This document shows positions 1 to 10,554 of a DNA stretch of 64,000 nt, piece after piece. The translations under genes and the position numbers were made by a program. This stretch comes from Candidatus Magasanikiibacteriota bacterium (GTDB lineage Bacteria; Patescibacteriota; Patescibacteriia; Magasanikbacterales; GWA2-37-8), in contig JAPLWQ010000001.1 in NCBI GenBank assembly GCA_026396515.1, positions 564 through 64,563 on the forward strand, given 5' to 3'. The notes beneath the pieces are model-generated. The model had not been told where the DNA came from. It was given only the letters and a program-made list of their open reading frames with translations, and searched no databases. Numbering within the stretch: position 1 is the stretch's first letter; every line of letters begins with the position of its first letter.

Positions 1-44
1 ACAGCAGATAATTGAGGGAAAGAAGAAATAGTTTATTGTTAAAT

Positions 45-79
45 AAAAAAATCCTCAGCCTTGGGCTGAGGATTTTTTT
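45..79. terminator. Bidirectional intrinsic terminator-like hairpin
   Basis: AAAAAAATCCTCAGCC-TTG-GGCTGAGGATTTTTTT just past the stop of the minus-strand ORF ending at 88; near-identical copy at 57169-57203. Confidence 0.8.
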
Positions 80-87
80 GGTATTTT

Positions 88-462
88 TTATCCGGTTTGT
101 TTATATCGTTGCGGTTCATGTTCAATTTCAAACGGCTCATCATCTGTTCCGGTGGCACCGAGTTCAACAGCATTGCTCATATCCACTTCATGTTTTAGAG
201 CGCTGATTTTATCCTTTTGCATTTCAGTAAATGATTTATCCTTTATATTTATCGCTCCTTTGTCAACCATTTCAATACCCTTCGCATTCGGGTCATAATC
301 CAAATTGGTTTTTCTTCCTAAGCTGCTGCGGGAAGTAACGAGACCTTCAAAAGTCGCCTGTGCTGTAGCTTCGTCAACTTGTTTTTCCAGGTCCGTTTCT
401 TTTTTGGAAGTTTTAGCGCGCCATTTTGACCAATCTTGTCCGCCCGTTTCAGGTGTGGGCAT
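88..462 (-). CDS. Hypothetical hydrophilic protein (124 aa)
   Basis: ORF flanked by a consensus promoter (492-520) and a terminator (45-79); no recognisable motif. Confidence 0.7.
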   Translation of the reverse strand: MPTPETGGQDWSKWRAKTSKKETDLEKQVDEATAQATFEGLVTSRSSLGRKTNLDYDPNAKGIEMVDKGAINIKDKSFTEMQKDKISALKHEVDMSNAVELGATGTDDEPFEIEHEPQRYKQTG

Positions 463-491
463 AGATTAAATATTAGGTAAACACAAAAGAT

Positions 492-520
492 ATTATAGCA
501 CATTTTGGCGTTTTTGTCAA
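492..520 (-). promoter_or_regulatory. sigma70-type promoter
   Basis: Minus strand TTGACA-17bp-TATAAT with extended -10 TG (TGCTATAAT). Confidence 0.75.
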
Positions 521-680
521 CCCTATTAAATAGCCAAGGTTAGCCATTTTTTATTCTTTTTACTTTCGCAATTTTTTAGAATAATATTTAATTATTGAAT
601 AATATTTAACAGGGTCAATGCTCATTTTTGTCTAGTTTCAGCAAAATAATGCTTTCTTTGTATGCCCGGTTTGTCATATA

Positions 681-709
681 TTGACATAAAATCGCGGTTG
701 TGTTAGGTT
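681..709 (+). promoter_or_regulatory. sigma70-type promoter of the GC-rich coiled-coil gene
   Basis: TTGACA-17bp-TAGGTT with TG extension. Confidence 0.55.
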
Positions 710-780
710 TAGTCGTTCGGCCTTTGGCCGAAATTTGACCTTTAAACAAAGCAAGAAAAACTTGCGGAAAGGATTGGGAA

Positions 781-2019
781 ATGAGCGAAAAAAAAGTGGG
801 CTTTGCCCGTGATGAAATCATCAGCTTGCTGGTGATGCTCCTCGCGCGCGTGCCACGGCCACCCAACGACGACGATGTGGAGCGACTACTCGGTTTGCTC
901 GAACTCGCCAGCAAGAAGTACGTGGCCCTCCTGTGTGAGGCCATCGGTCACGCACTTCCACAGGCGCGAATCGACAAGAACGATCCGGTTGGGGCGGTCA
1001 CACAGTTCATCACGATGAGTGTGCGTCTCGTGAAAGAAGATCAGGTCGCTTCGTACATTTCTTACATCCTCGAGATCGACAAGGGCTCGGACGAGTACAA
1101 ACCGCTGCAGGAAACAGTCACTCGGCAGATGGCCGGGTCGTCGCCGAAGATCAAGCGCGAACAAGCGCTCGGCGACGCGGAGAAGCAGCGACAGGAGCTG
1201 GACGCGCTGGTCAATAAGATCATGCAGGGCCAGCAGACCATCGAACAGAAGCGTACTGAGCTCGGCGATGTCTATCACCAGATCGAGCAGATGAAGCAGG
1301 ACGTCGACAGCGCAGAGCGCGATGCGATTGCGACCGAGATTCTCGCTCAAGGGAAGCTCGAGGTGGCCACTGCGCGGACCCATCAGGCCGAGGCGAGATT
1401 GCAGGAAGCGGAAATGACCGAGGCAGCAGCCTTCCGCCAGCTGGAGTCGGCCGAGATGCGGATCGTGGCCGCGAATACGGCTGCGGAAAGCGGTCGCATT
1501 CGCGACAACCGCCTGGTCAAACAGGCACTGTCCGAGGTCGGCGTCATCTTCCCTGACAACGAGGCGCTCGCGGCCATGGCCGACGAGGTCAACGAGAACA
1601 ACGCGGTGATCGTAGCGAGACAGCTGGTGAACCAACTGTTGCGCGACGTCATCACCCGTCTGACCCTCGAGACCCGCGATCTGGCCAGCGAACGCGAGGA
1701 TCTGGTCGCCCAGAGCAAGGAGCTCGAGAACCTGCGCGCCACGAAGGCCCGGGTGATGCAGGAGATCAGAGACATCGAGGCGGTGCTTGCCGAACTCTTC
1801 GCGGATCTCTCTTCCCGGCGATCCTCCCTCCAGCAGAAGGAGGACGAGAAGCTGGCTGTCGTGGCCGAGTGTGAGAAGGAGGCCTTCAACCTGCAGAAGG
1901 CGATCGCCGACGCCCAGGCCAGGATGGCCCAGGCTCGGGAGTCCCTGCGTACGACGCTCGAGCAGGAGATCTCTTCAGCGATGACCTCGCTGAAGCAGCA
2001 CGTGCCCGCTAAAGGTTAA
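781..2019 (+). CDS. GC-rich long coiled-coil hypothetical protein (412 aa)
   Basis: Long ORF with strong G/C third-position bias; heptad-like E/Q/A/L-rich C-terminal two thirds; GAAAGGA upstream of ATG. Confidence 0.85.
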   Translation: MSEKKVGFARDEIISLLVMLLARVPRPPNDDDVERLLGLLELASKKYVALLCEAIGHALPQARIDKNDPVGAVTQFITMSVRLVKEDQVASYISYILEIDKGSDEYKPLQETVTRQMAGSSPKIKREQALGDAEKQRQELDALVNKIMQGQQTIEQKRTELGDVYHQIEQMKQDVDSAERDAIATEILAQGKLEVATARTHQAEARLQEAEMTEAAAFRQLESAEMRIVAANTAAESGRIRDNRLVKQALSEVGVIFPDNEALAAMADEVNENNAVIVARQLVNQLLRDVITRLTLETRDLASEREDLVAQSKELENLRATKARVMQEIRDIEAVLAELFADLSSRRSSLQQKEDEKLAVVAECEKEAFNLQKAIADAQARMAQARESLRTTLEQEISSAMTSLKQHVPAKG

Positions 2020-2047
2020 CCGCTTTTTTTCTTGACTTAGAAACCCA

Positions 2048-2088
2048 CCCCCTGTACCGCTACTCGGTCCAGGGGGTTTTTATTTTTT
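2048..2088 (+). terminator. Intrinsic terminator
   Basis: CCCCCTG..ACCG-loop-CGGT..CAGGGGG followed by T-rich run. Confidence 0.7.
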
Positions 2089-2148
2089 TAATTGACATTT
2101 TCAGATAAATTGATAATATAGTGGCACTTGCTAATATAATAATTTTTC

Positions 2149-2658
2149 ATGAATTCAAAACAATTAAAACGGTTGTTTAACTTAATCCGTGAAACAGGTG
2201 ACAGGTTAATAATTGCCGACAATGAATCGGATGATGTTTTTGCCGTTATGTCTCTTCCCGAATATGAAAATTTGGCCCAATTAAGGAAAATGGATTGGAC
2301 TCCGGACGAAGTGCCGGCTCTTATTCCGCGCCAAATTGGCGATTTAAACGAACAGGAAATGTTGGAAAAGATAAACCACGACATTGCTGATTGGAGAGGT
2401 GTGCAAAAGAAAAATGAAGCAGAAATGGCAGTTGAAGACATGGTGGAAAGTAATATCGAAGCAGAGGATGCAGTTGAAGAAATAGCGCCTGATTCAGCCA
2501 AAAAAACAGCAATGCCTAGAATAGCCGACGTGCTAAATGACGAGGTATATCGTGAGCGAAAATTTGATGACAAACCAAGAGTCGGCTGGGTAGAAGAAGA
2601 GGATTTGTCTACTGTCCCGCATGAAGAGGAAAAGTTCTATTTGGAACCGGTTGAGTAA
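2149..2658 (+). CDS. Hypothetical protein with Phd/YefM-like N-terminus and acidic C-terminus
   Basis: ETGDRLII...VFAVMSLPEYENL resembles the Phd/YefM motif; upstream TTGACA at ~2092. Confidence 0.65.
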   Translation: MNSKQLKRLFNLIRETGDRLIIADNESDDVFAVMSLPEYENLAQLRKMDWTPDEVPALIPRQIGDLNEQEMLEKINHDIADWRGVQKKNEAEMAVEDMVESNIEAEDAVEEIAPDSAKKTAMPRIADVLNDEVYRERKFDDKPRVGWVEEEDLSTVPHEEEKFYLEPVE

Positions 2659-2674
2659 TCCACAATCCACCCCC

Positions 2675-2702
2675 TTGCCAAATTCCTAAAATCTGCTATA
2701 AT
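2675..2702 (+). promoter_or_regulatory. tuf promoter
   Basis: TTGCCA-16bp-TATAAT with TG extension. Confidence 0.65.
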
Positions 2703-2848
2703 CTTCTAATGTAAATTGGAGTAGACGGCTCTAAAGTTTTTAGTGCCGTATACTGAACAATAATATATTTACATATATATTTAGTGAAGCGGCTGGTCTA
2801 CAAATCTGCGCCGACCACTCGGCGGCAGTGCCGTGAATAATAAACCAT

Positions 2849-4039
2849 ATGGCTGAGTTTGTAAGAACCAAGCCACATGTCAACATTGGTACAATTGGCC
2901 ATGTTGACCACGGTAAGACAACTCTTACCGCTGCGATACTTGCTGTATTGAGCTCTCACGGAATGACTGCTCAAAGCAAAGGCGTTGATGATTTGGATAA
3001 AGCCCCGGAGTCAAAGGCCCGCGGCATTACCATTTCCACCGCCCATGTTGAGTATGAAACAGAAAAGCGCCATTACGCGCACGTAGACTGTCCGGGACAT
3101 GCCGATTATGTGAAGAACATGATTACCGGCGCAGCTCAGATGGACGGTGCTATCTTAGTGGTTTCCGCCGCTGACGGTCCGATGCCGCAGACCCGTGAGC
3201 ACATTGTGCTTGCCCGTCAAGTAGGCGTGCCGTACATTGTTGTGTTTTTGAACAAGGTTGATCAGGTTTCCGACCCGGAATTGATTGACTTGGTTGAAGC
3301 GGAAATTCGAGATTTGCTCAAGAAATATGATTTCCCTGGCGATACAACTCCGATTATCCGCGGCAGCGCCCTGCAAGCTTTGCAGAATCCGACTGATGAA
3401 GCTGCTTCAAAGCCGATTTTAGAATTGATGAAAATCGTTGATGAATATATTCCTGAACCGGTTCGAGCCGTTGACCAGCCGTTTCTTATGCCTGTGGAGG
3501 ATGTTTTCTCCATTGAAGGCAGGGGTACTGTGGTGACCGGACGTATCGATCGTGGCATGGTTCACGTCAATGATGAAGTTGATATTGTCGGTTTGAAAGA
3601 AGAGAAAATGAAAACCGTGGTGACCGGTATTGAAATGTTTAACAAGAGTTTGAAAGAAGGCCGAGCCGGTGATAATGCAGGCATCTTGCTTCGCGGTACC
3701 AAAAAGGAAGAAGTGGAGCGTGGTATGGTATTAGCCAAACCGGGTTCTATCAATCCGCATACCGAATTTGAAGCCCAGGTGGTTGTGCTCACCAAAGAAG
3801 AAGGCGGCCGACACAAACCGTTTTTCAAGGGTTACAAACCGCAGTTTTACATCAGAACTACTGATGTAACCGGCGAAGTGATCCTGCCGGAAGGCACAGA
3901 AATGGTTATGCCGGGCGATACAATTAGTTTCTCGGTGAAATTAATCAAGCCGGTGGCCATTGAAGAAAAAATGAAATTCGCCATCCGCGAAGGCGGTAAA
4001 ACCGTCGGCGCTGGCGTGGTAACAAAAATTAATAAATAA
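2849..4039 (+). CDS. tuf: Elongation factor Tu
   Basis: [38 protein letters not shown] motifs. Confidence 0.99.
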   Translation: MAEFVRTKPHVNIGTIGHVDHGKTTLTAAILAVLSSHGMTAQSKGVDDLDKAPESKARGITISTAHVEYETEKRHYAHVDCPGHADYVKNMITGAAQMDGAILVVSAADGPMPQTREHIVLARQVGVPYIVVFLNKVDQVSDPELIDLVEAEIRDLLKKYDFPGDTTPIIRGSALQALQNPTDEAASKPILELMKIVDEYIPEPVRAVDQPFLMPVEDVFSIEGRGTVVTGRIDRGMVHVNDEVDIVGLKEEKMKTVVTGIEMFNKSLKEGRAGDNAGILLRGTKKEEVERGMVLAKPGSINPHTEFEAQVVVLTKEEGGRHKPFFKGYKPQFYIRTTDVTGEVILPEGTEMVMPGDTISFSVKLIKPVAIEEKMKFAIREGGKTVGAGVVTKINK

Positions 4040-4045
4040 GTCCTG

Positions 4046-4078
4046 ACAAGGGGGGTGAAATTTTCACCCCCCTTTGTC
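4046..4078. terminator. Strong hairpin between tuf and rpsJ
   Basis: GACAAGGGGGGTGAA-ATT-TTCACCCCCCTTTGTC inverted repeat. Confidence 0.55.
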
Positions 4079-4098
4079 GTGGAATAACGTTCTTTACC

Positions 4099-4464
4099 AT
4101 GACTTCAGCAACAGCGACAACTAAAGCTCCGGCACCGGCGGCAGTCAAGAAAGCGGTTGAGGCAACCAGAATCCGCATTAAAATTCGCGCCTATGACAAT
4201 AAGATTATTGATCAGGCGACGCGAGTAATTATTGATACTGCGGTACGAAATGATGCCAAAGTAATCGGACCGGTACCGCTTCCGACGGAAAAAAGCAAAT
4301 TTACAGTTAATCGTTCAACTTTTGTGCATAAAAATGCGCGCGAGCAATTTGAAATGCGCGTGCACAAGCGGTTGATTGACATTATGAACGCTTCGCCAAA
4401 GTGCGTAGATGCTCTTATGAGTTTGAGCCTGCCATCCGGCGTGGATGTTGAGATTAAGATGTAA
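4099..4464 (+). CDS. rpsJ: 30S ribosomal protein S10 (Ala/Pro-rich N-terminal extension)
   Basis: [32 protein letters not shown]. Confidence 0.98.
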   Translation: MTSATATTKAPAPAAVKKAVEATRIRIKIRAYDNKIIDQATRVIIDTAVRNDAKVIGPVPLPTEKSKFTVNRSTFVHKNAREQFEMRVHKRLIDIMNASPKCVDALMSLSLPSGVDVEIKM

Positions 4465-4499
4465 GTTTGTTTTGGCCCGGTAGAGGCCGGGCCAGGGAC

Positions 4500-4528
4500 T
4501 TGACAAGATAGGAGATTTCAAGTAAAAT
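4500..4528 (+). promoter_or_regulatory. Internal promoter upstream of rplC
   Basis: TTGACA-17bp-TAAAAT immediately after hairpin TGGCCCGG/CCGGGCCA (4473-4494). Confidence 0.7.
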
Positions 4529-4534
4529 CGCCAC

Positions 4535-4782
4535 ATAGTAATTTGTTGAAAAAACCCAAGTAAATAAGATTTGGCATTTCGACTTTGTCGAAATGGCACT
4601 TGCCTTTTGCGGGTGCGCCCTATGGGCTAAAAAAACATTTAAGCGGGTTTTGGCGACAAGGGGAATAAATATTGAAAAATCAAGTAAACAGGCCATTTTA
4701 ATCCGCAGTTTTTTGACGGATTGTTCATGGCTAGAAGCAATAGGATTGAAATATTTTTCAGTATTATTGCTTCTAGTTTTTT
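4535..4782 (+). ncRNA. Putative structured leader or ncRNA ending in a terminator
   Basis: Several hairpins and terminal CTAGAAGCAATA/TATTGCTTCTAG + TTTTTT; no credible ORF. Confidence 0.45.
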
Positions 4783-4842
4783 GTTAAACTAATCGGTTAT
4801 CTCCGCCAAATGGGATGGGTGCGGAGCAATGACATGAAAAAT

Positions 4843-5556
4843 ATGAAGTTTATTATCGGAAAAAAAATTGGCATGACACAGGTGTTTTCGTCCTTGGGCG
4901 AAATGACTCCGGTTACTCGGGTGAAGGCCGGGCCGTGTCAGATTGTACAGATCAAAAATACGGACAAAAACAATGCCCGTTCAGTTGAGATTGGATTTGG
5001 CGAGATTAAAGATTTTCGCATGAACAAGCCTCGCGCCGGACATCTGAAAGGTTTAACACCGGTACGGGAGTTGCGCTCATTTAATGTTGAAAAAACCGAG
5101 GGATTAGATCGCGGTACCACTATTACAGCGGCAATATTCTCCGTCGGCGACATCGTTACCGTGGAGGGCGTATCTAAAGGAAAAGGTTTTGCCGGCGTGG
5201 TAAAACGGCATCATTTTGCCGGAGCTCCGGCAACACACGGTCACAAGCATGATTTGCGGTCTCCAGGTTCAATCGGAGCGGGTGGTGTCCAGCGCGTTTT
5301 TAAAGGTATGCGTATGGCTGGCCGGATGGGCGGCGCCCCGGTAACTGTGAAGAACTTGGAAATTGTGGAAGTGCATCCGGAAAGCAATGAGCTCTATATT
5401 AAGGGCGCGGTGCCTGGCGCCAGAAATGGAATTTTAGAAATTTATTGTCCGGGCGAGTTGGTTATTGCCAAAACAGAAGATAAACCGTCAGAAGAGCCGG
5501 TAGTTGAAACGGCCGCGGCTGAGACGCCGGCAGAAACTGCTCCGATAAACGAATAA
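4843..5556 (+). CDS. rplC: 50S ribosomal protein L3
   Basis: [32 protein letters not shown]; start probably 4843 (or 4834). Confidence 0.98.
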   Translation: MKFIIGKKIGMTQVFSSLGEMTPVTRVKAGPCQIVQIKNTDKNNARSVEIGFGEIKDFRMNKPRAGHLKGLTPVRELRSFNVEKTEGLDRGTTITAAIFSVGDIVTVEGVSKGKGFAGVVKRHHFAGAPATHGHKHDLRSPGSIGAGGVQRVFKGMRMAGRMGGAPVTVKNLEIVEVHPESNELYIKGAVPGARNGILEIYCPGELVIAKTEDKPSEEPVVETAAAETPAETAPINE

Positions 5557-5558
5557 GT

Positions 5559-6194
5559 ATGAAAATAAAAGTATACAATTTAGAAGGCAAAGAATCTTCC
5601 GAAATGGATTTGGATGATAAAATTTTTGGCGTTAAAATTAAGCCTGAAGTTGTTCACGAGGTTTTTGTCGCTCAAATGAATAACAGCCGTGAACCGTGGG
5701 CAGACACAAAAACACGCGGTGAAGTGCGCGGCGGCGGTAAAAAGCCGTGGCAACAGAAAGGCACCGGGCGCGCGCGCCATGGATCCATTCGTTCGCCGAT
5801 CTGGGTTGGCGGCGGTGTAACTTTTGGCCCGCTTTCTACGCGTAATTATAAAAGCAAAATTAATAAGAATACCCGCCGCGTGGCGCTAAAAATGTGTTTA
5901 AGCGATAAAGCCCAATCCGGCGCTTTGTGGGTGGTTGAAAATTTCTCATTCACTGAACCGAAAACAAAAATTTTCGCTTCTTTCATGAAGAAAATACCCG
6001 TCGCGCAGAAATCATTTTTGATTCTGACCGGCGAGAGTGATGGTCAGGTTTATCGCATGTCAAGAAATTTGAAAAAGATAGAATCCATTCCGGCGCGCGA
6101 GGCGAGTGTTGTTTCAGTATTGAATAAGCAGGCAATCATTACAAGTAAATCCGGTATTGCCGAGTTGGAAAATATTTTATCAAAGAAGGCCTAA
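5559..6194 (+). CDS. rplD: 50S ribosomal protein L4
   Basis: [27 protein letters not shown]. Confidence 0.98.
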   Translation: MKIKVYNLEGKESSEMDLDDKIFGVKIKPEVVHEVFVAQMNNSREPWADTKTRGEVRGGGKKPWQQKGTGRARHGSIRSPIWVGGGVTFGPLSTRNYKSKINKNTRRVALKMCLSDKAQSGALWVVENFSFTEPKTKIFASFMKKIPVAQKSFLILTGESDGQVYRMSRNLKKIESIPAREASVVSVLNKQAIITSKSGIAELENILSKKA

Positions 6195-6206
6195 TTGCAA
6201 AGATAT

Positions 6207-6590
6207 ATGGGATTACTCAACCGCAAAAAGAAGGAAGAAAAACCGGTCGAACCGCCGGAAAAGTTTGAAGCACCCGCTGAAATACAAAAGGGTTCCGCTT
6301 CAAGCGTTTCTTCAAGCCGGGTGATCGTGAAACCATTGGTAACTGAAAAGGCCGCCGTGGCCCAGAGCTTAAATAAGTACGCCTTTATTGTGCGCCGGGA
6401 AGCAACAAAAGAACAGATAAAAAAGGCGGTAAATGATATTTATGGAGTGATGCCAGTTTCGGTAAATGTTATCCATGTGGAAGGCAAGGCGCGCCGATAC
6501 GGACAATACACAGGCCGCCGGGGGGATTTTAAAAAAGCGTTTGTTACTTTGCCAAAAGGCAAGACCATCGCCATTCACGAAGGCGTATAA
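6207..6590 (+). CDS. rplW: 50S ribosomal protein L23 (N-terminal extension)
   Basis: KPLVTEKA, KKAFVTL; operon position. Confidence 0.96.
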   Translation: MGLLNRKKKEEKPVEPPEKFEAPAEIQKGSASSVSSSRVIVKPLVTEKAAVAQSLNKYAFIVRREATKEQIKKAVNDIYGVMPVSVNVIHVEGKARRYGQYTGRRGDFKKAFVTLPKGKTIAIHEGV

Positions 6591-6611
6591 AAAGAGTATA
6601 GAAAAAAGAAT

Positions 6612-7451
6612 ATGCCAATTAGAATTTACAAACCAACTTCACCGGGGCGCCGCCATTCAAGCGTTGACGCTTTTTCAGATATTACAAAATCCGAACCGGA
6701 AAAATCTTTAGTGACGATTTTGCAGCCAAAATCAGGCCGCAATAATCAGGGTGTTATTACCGTACGCCATAAATCCGGCGGAGCAAAAAAATTATATCGC
6801 TTGGTTGATTTTAAGCTTCAAAAATATAATGTTGAAGCAGTGGTTTTGGCGATTGAATACGATCCGAACCGCGGTCCGAGAATTGCGCTGATTCAATATA
6901 GCGATGGCGTGAAATCATACATTCTCTGCCCTGAAGGTTTGAAGGTGGGCGATAAGGTTATTTCTTCCGACCACGCCATTGAAGCAAAAGCCGGGATGAG
7001 AATGTCGCTTGAACACATGCCAATCGGCTTGTTTATACATAATATTGAATTGACGGCCGGAAAAGGCGGGCAGTTGGTGCGCGGAGCAGGTCTTAGCGCT
7101 CAATTGGTCGGTTTTGAAGGTGAATGTGCACAGATAAAATTACCGTCAGGTGAGATTCGCTCGGTACGCAAGCAGTGCGCCGCTTCAATTGGCGCGCTCG
7201 GCAATGCCGATCGCCGTTTAATTCGCTGGGGCAAGGCCGGACGAATGCGCCACCGCGGCATTAAACCGACGGTAAAAGGTAAGAATATGAATCCGGTGGA
7301 TCACCCGCATGGAGGTGGTGAGGGGCATTCTCCAATCGGTCAGAAAAGGGGTCCCCAGACCGTTTATGGTAAAACAGCGCAGGGCGTGCGCACCCGCGGG
7401 AGAAAGAAATGGAGCAATAAATTTATTATTAAATCGCGCCGCAATAAATAA
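6612..7451 (+). CDS. rplB: 50S ribosomal protein L2
   Basis: GRNNQGVIT, EYDPNR, MNPVDHPHGGGEG. Confidence 0.99.
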   Translation: MPIRIYKPTSPGRRHSSVDAFSDITKSEPEKSLVTILQPKSGRNNQGVITVRHKSGGAKKLYRLVDFKLQKYNVEAVVLAIEYDPNRGPRIALIQYSDGVKSYILCPEGLKVGDKVISSDHAIEAKAGMRMSLEHMPIGLFIHNIELTAGKGGQLVRGAGLSAQLVGFEGECAQIKLPSGEIRSVRKQCAASIGALGNADRRLIRWGKAGRMRHRGIKPTVKGKNMNPVDHPHGGGEGHSPIGQKRGPQTVYGKTAQGVRTRGRKKWSNKFIIKSRRNK

Positions 7452-7466
7452 GCGCATACTATATAT

Positions 7467-7808
7467 ATGTCCAGAAGTTTGAAAAAAGGCCCTTATATTG
7501 ATCCGCGAGTTCTAAGCAAAGTTTTGGTAATGAAAGCGAGCGGAAAGAAATTGCCGATTAAGACTTGGTCGCGCGCTTGTGTTATTTCACCGGAAATGGT
7601 GAGCACGACTTTCCTTGTCCACAATGGAAAAGATTTTATCAGCGTATATGTGGATGAAAATATGGTCGGGCACCGATTGGGCGAATTTGCATCAACTCGT
7701 AAATTCGTGCGACACGGCGGCAAGATGGCCAAAGAACAAGAGGCCAAGGTAACATCTGCCGGAGCTCCGGCGCCGGCCGCACCGGCAGGTAAAGCCGAGA
7801 AGAAATAA
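7467..7808 (+). CDS. rpsS: 30S ribosomal protein S19
   Basis: [23 protein letters not shown]. Confidence 0.98.
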   Translation: MSRSLKKGPYIDPRVLSKVLVMKASGKKLPIKTWSRACVISPEMVSTTFLVHNGKDFISVYVDENMVGHRLGEFASTRKFVRHGGKMAKEQEAKVTSAGAPAPAAPAGKAEKK

Positions 7809-7817
7809 AAAAATAAT

Positions 7818-8210
7818 ATGACACAGGAAGTTAAAGCAAAATTGAAATTTCTGAAAATGGGCCCGCGTAAAGTCCGGCTTGTTGCCGACTCTATGCGCGG
7901 ACATAAGGTGGTTAAGTTGTTGGAGCGTTTGCCTCTTTCACAGAAATGGGCTGCGTATCCATTGCTTAAGCTTTTAAAATCCGCAGTCGCCAATGCGAAG
8001 ACAAATTTTAAATATGAAATGGACACGCTTAGGGTGAAGAGCATCACCGTGGACGGCGGACCGGTGGTAAAACGCTGGATGCCGAAAGCGCATGGCCGTG
8101 CTACACCGATAAGACAGCGTACCTCCCACATCAATTTGGTTTTGATTTCCGAAGAAAAATTGGAAAAAAAACAGAAAGCAAAGAAGGAAAAAAAGGCGGC
8201 TAAAAAATAA
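7818..8210 (+). CDS. rplV: 50S ribosomal protein L22
   Basis: PRKVRLVAD, LKSAVANA, PKAHGRA, RTSHI. Confidence 0.98.
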   Translation: MTQEVKAKLKFLKMGPRKVRLVADSMRGHKVVKLLERLPLSQKWAAYPLLKLLKSAVANAKTNFKYEMDTLRVKSITVDGGPVVKRWMPKAHGRATPIRQRTSHINLVLISEEKLEKKQKAKKEKKAAKK

Positions 8211-8225
8211 TATTTGCCAACATAT

Positions 8226-8924
8226 ATGGGTCATAAAGTACATCCAAGAATACACCGCACTCCCTACATTTTTGCCTGGGATTCGAAATGGTTTGCCAGA
8301 AATGAAAGCTTGCCGCTTTATCTTAAACAGGAAATCGGCATCCGAACTTATCTTTGCAAGAAATTGAAAGAAGCAGGAGTTGATTCTATTTCTATTGAAC
8401 GCTCTCCGAAAGACATGCAAATCACAATTCTTGCGGCAAAACCGGGTGTGGTAATCGGCCGGTCCGGCCAGGGTTTGGATGTAATCCGAAAAGAAATTGA
8501 GAAAAAATATTTGCAGCAAAAACAAAAAGTTAAATTGAATATTTTACCGGTAAAACAGCCGGCTCTCTCGGCCGCGATTGTGGCCGGAAATTGTGCCGCT
8601 GAAATTGAGAAACGCATGCCTTTCCGCCGGGTGATGAAGCAAGCGATTGAAAAAGTGATGGCTGCCGGGGCTAAAGGCGTGAAAATAAAAATGGCGGGTC
8701 GTCTGAACGGCGTGGAAATTGCCCGCCGTGAAGTATTATCGGCCGGTAAAATGTCGTTAATTACCTTGCGCAGCGACGTTGATTACGCGCTTACCGAAGC
8801 GCAGACCATTTACGGAAAAATCGGCGTCAAGGTTTGGGTCTATCACGGAGAAGCATTCGGACGCCGCGACAAATTTGAGAAGAAAGAAGAAAGTGAAACC
8901 GTAAAGAAGAATTATCAAAATTAA
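8226..8924 (+). CDS. rpsC: 30S ribosomal protein S3
   Basis: [35 protein letters not shown]. Confidence 0.98.
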   Translation: MGHKVHPRIHRTPYIFAWDSKWFARNESLPLYLKQEIGIRTYLCKKLKEAGVDSISIERSPKDMQITILAAKPGVVIGRSGQGLDVIRKEIEKKYLQQKQKVKLNILPVKQPALSAAIVAGNCAAEIEKRMPFRRVMKQAIEKVMAAGAKGVKIKMAGRLNGVEIARREVLSAGKMSLITLRSDVDYALTEAQTIYGKIGVKVWVYHGEAFGRRDKFEKKEESETVKKNYQN

Positions 8925-8935
8925 ATCCGACAGAT

Positions 8936-9346
8936 ATGTTATTGCCAAAAAAAGTATTACATCGCAAATGGCACAAAGGGCGCCGGCGCGCGAAGGGTAT
9001 TGCCACCAGAGCCAATTGTTTGGCTTTCGGGGAGTTTGGCTTAAAAACGCAGACTCACGGCTGGGTGACCAGCCGGCAGATTGAAGCTGGCCGCCGGGTT
9101 CTTACCCGTTATGTTCGCCGCGGCGGTAAAATTTGGATTCGTATTTTTCCGGATAAGCCGGTAACAAGAAAAGGCAATGAACAGCCGATGGGCGGCGGAA
9201 AGGGCGCTCCGGATCATTATGTTGCCGTAGTAAAACCCGGATCGGTATTGTTTGAAATGGCCGGTATTACAAAAGAATCGGCGGTTGAGGCAATGAAATT
9301 GGCCAGTTATAAATTTGGTTTAAAAACAAAATTTATCGTTAGATAA
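8936..9346 (+). CDS. rplP: 50S ribosomal protein L16
   Basis: [24 protein letters not shown]. Confidence 0.98.
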   Translation: MLLPKKVLHRKWHKGRRRAKGIATRANCLAFGEFGLKTQTHGWVTSRQIEAGRRVLTRYVRRGGKIWIRIFPDKPVTRKGNEQPMGGGKGAPDHYVAVVKPGSVLFEMAGITKESAVEAMKLASYKFGLKTKFIVR

Positions 9347-9356
9347 TTGATTGGTT

Positions 9357-9545
9357 ATGGATTATCAAGAAATAAAAACTAAGAATGTTAACGAAATCAA
9401 GGGGTTGATTTTAGAGAAAAGTGAAGAACTCCGTGATTTGCGTTTTAAATTGCAGAGTCAACAGCTTAAGGCAATGCACAAGATGCAGGATACAAAAAAG
9501 ATGATTGCCCGGCTGCAAACGGCTTTGAGAGCCACTGCGAAATAA
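9357..9545 (+). CDS. rpmC: 50S ribosomal protein L29
   Basis: ELRDLRF...KKMIARLQT; position between rplP and rpsQ. Confidence 0.93.
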   Translation: MDYQEIKTKNVNEIKGLILEKSEELRDLRFKLQSQQLKAMHKMQDTKKMIARLQTALRATAK

Positions 9546-9570
9546 AATAGCGCAAACTAATAAATATATT

Positions 9571-9831
9571 ATGAATTCCGATAACAAAAAAAATACGATT
9601 AGACGCCAATTTTCCGGCACTGTTGTTTCAGCAGCAATGAATAAGACCGTTGTTGTGAATATTGAAAGCCGTAAATTGCATCCAAAATACAAAAAATATT
9701 ACCGGGTAAATAAAAAATACCATGTTCATGATGAGAAAGGTACTGCCAAAACCGGTGATAAGGTTGTATTTGTTGAGTGTCGGCCGATTTCAAAGACAAA
9801 GCGGTGGAGATTGGTAAGCGTAGCGAGCTAA
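9571..9831 (+). CDS. rpsQ: 30S ribosomal protein S17
   Basis: GTVVS..MNKTVVV, HPKYKK, ECRPISKTKRW. Confidence 0.98.
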   Translation: MNSDNKKNTIRRQFSGTVVSAAMNKTVVVNIESRKLHPKYKKYYRVNKKYHVHDEKGTAKTGDKVVFVECRPISKTKRWRLVSVAS

Positions 9832-9856
9832 TTACAATGCCTAATCAGATAATCGT

Positions 9857-10228
9857 ATGATACAACACCGAACAATGTTAAGTGTGGCGGACAATACCGG
9901 CGCTAAGCGCTTGCAGTGCTTGCGCGTTCTTGGCGGCTACAAAAAGAGATATGCCAGGCTTGGCGATATCGTAACTTGTTCAGTTAAGATCGCTGCCCCG
10001 CGAGGCATGGTTAAAAAAGGCGAGGTAGTTCATGCGGTTTTAGTGCGCGGAAGAAAGGAAACCCGCAGAAAAGACGGCACTTATATCCGTTTTGACGAAA
10101 ATGCCGCAGTAGTCATTGATAGAAAAACAAAAGAGCCGCGCGGTTCCCGTATTTTTGGACCGGTGGCGCGCGAATTGCGCACCAAGGGTTTTCAAAAGAT
10201 TATTTCTTTAGCTCCGGAAGTATTGTAA
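9857..10228 (+). CDS. rplN: 50S ribosomal protein L14
   Basis: [27 protein letters not shown]. Confidence 0.99.
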   Translation: MIQHRTMLSVADNTGAKRLQCLRVLGGYKKRYARLGDIVTCSVKIAAPRGMVKKGEVVHAVLVRGRKETRRKDGTYIRFDENAAVVIDRKTKEPRGSRIFGPVARELRTKGFQKIISLAPEVL

Positions 10229-10238
10229 TTATATTTTT

Positions 10239-10547
10239 ATGAAAATTAAGACAAACGACAAGGTGAAAGTGGTCGCCGGAAAAGACCGCGGAAAAGAAGG
10301 AAAAGTAATCCAGGTTTTTCCGTCTGCCAATAAAATTGTGGTTGAAGGAATTAATATCATGAAAAAGCATTTGCGGCCGAAAAAGCACGGTGAAAAGGGG
10401 CAAATTATTGAATTGGCCGCGCCGTTTTCAGCTGCCAACGCCCTCATAATTTGTGAAAAGTGTGGTAAGCCGACCCGGGTGGGTTATCGGCTAGACGGTG
10501 ACAAGAAAAAGAGAATTTGCAGAAAATGCAAAGAATTCATTGCATAA
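10239..10547 (+). CDS. rplX: 50S ribosomal protein L24 (CxxC...CxxC form)
   Basis: VVAGKDRGKEGKV KOW motif, VEGINI. Confidence 0.97.
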   Translation: MKIKTNDKVKVVAGKDRGKEGKVIQVFPSANKIVVEGINIMKKHLRPKKHGEKGQIIELAAPFSAANALIICEKCGKPTRVGYRLDGDKKKRICRKCKEFIA

Positions 10548-10554
10548 TAAAAAT

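Noticed and set aside
886-1889. Minus-strand ORFs 886-1635 and 1383-1889
   Set aside because: Shadow frames of the GC-rich coiled-coil gene; no start signals.
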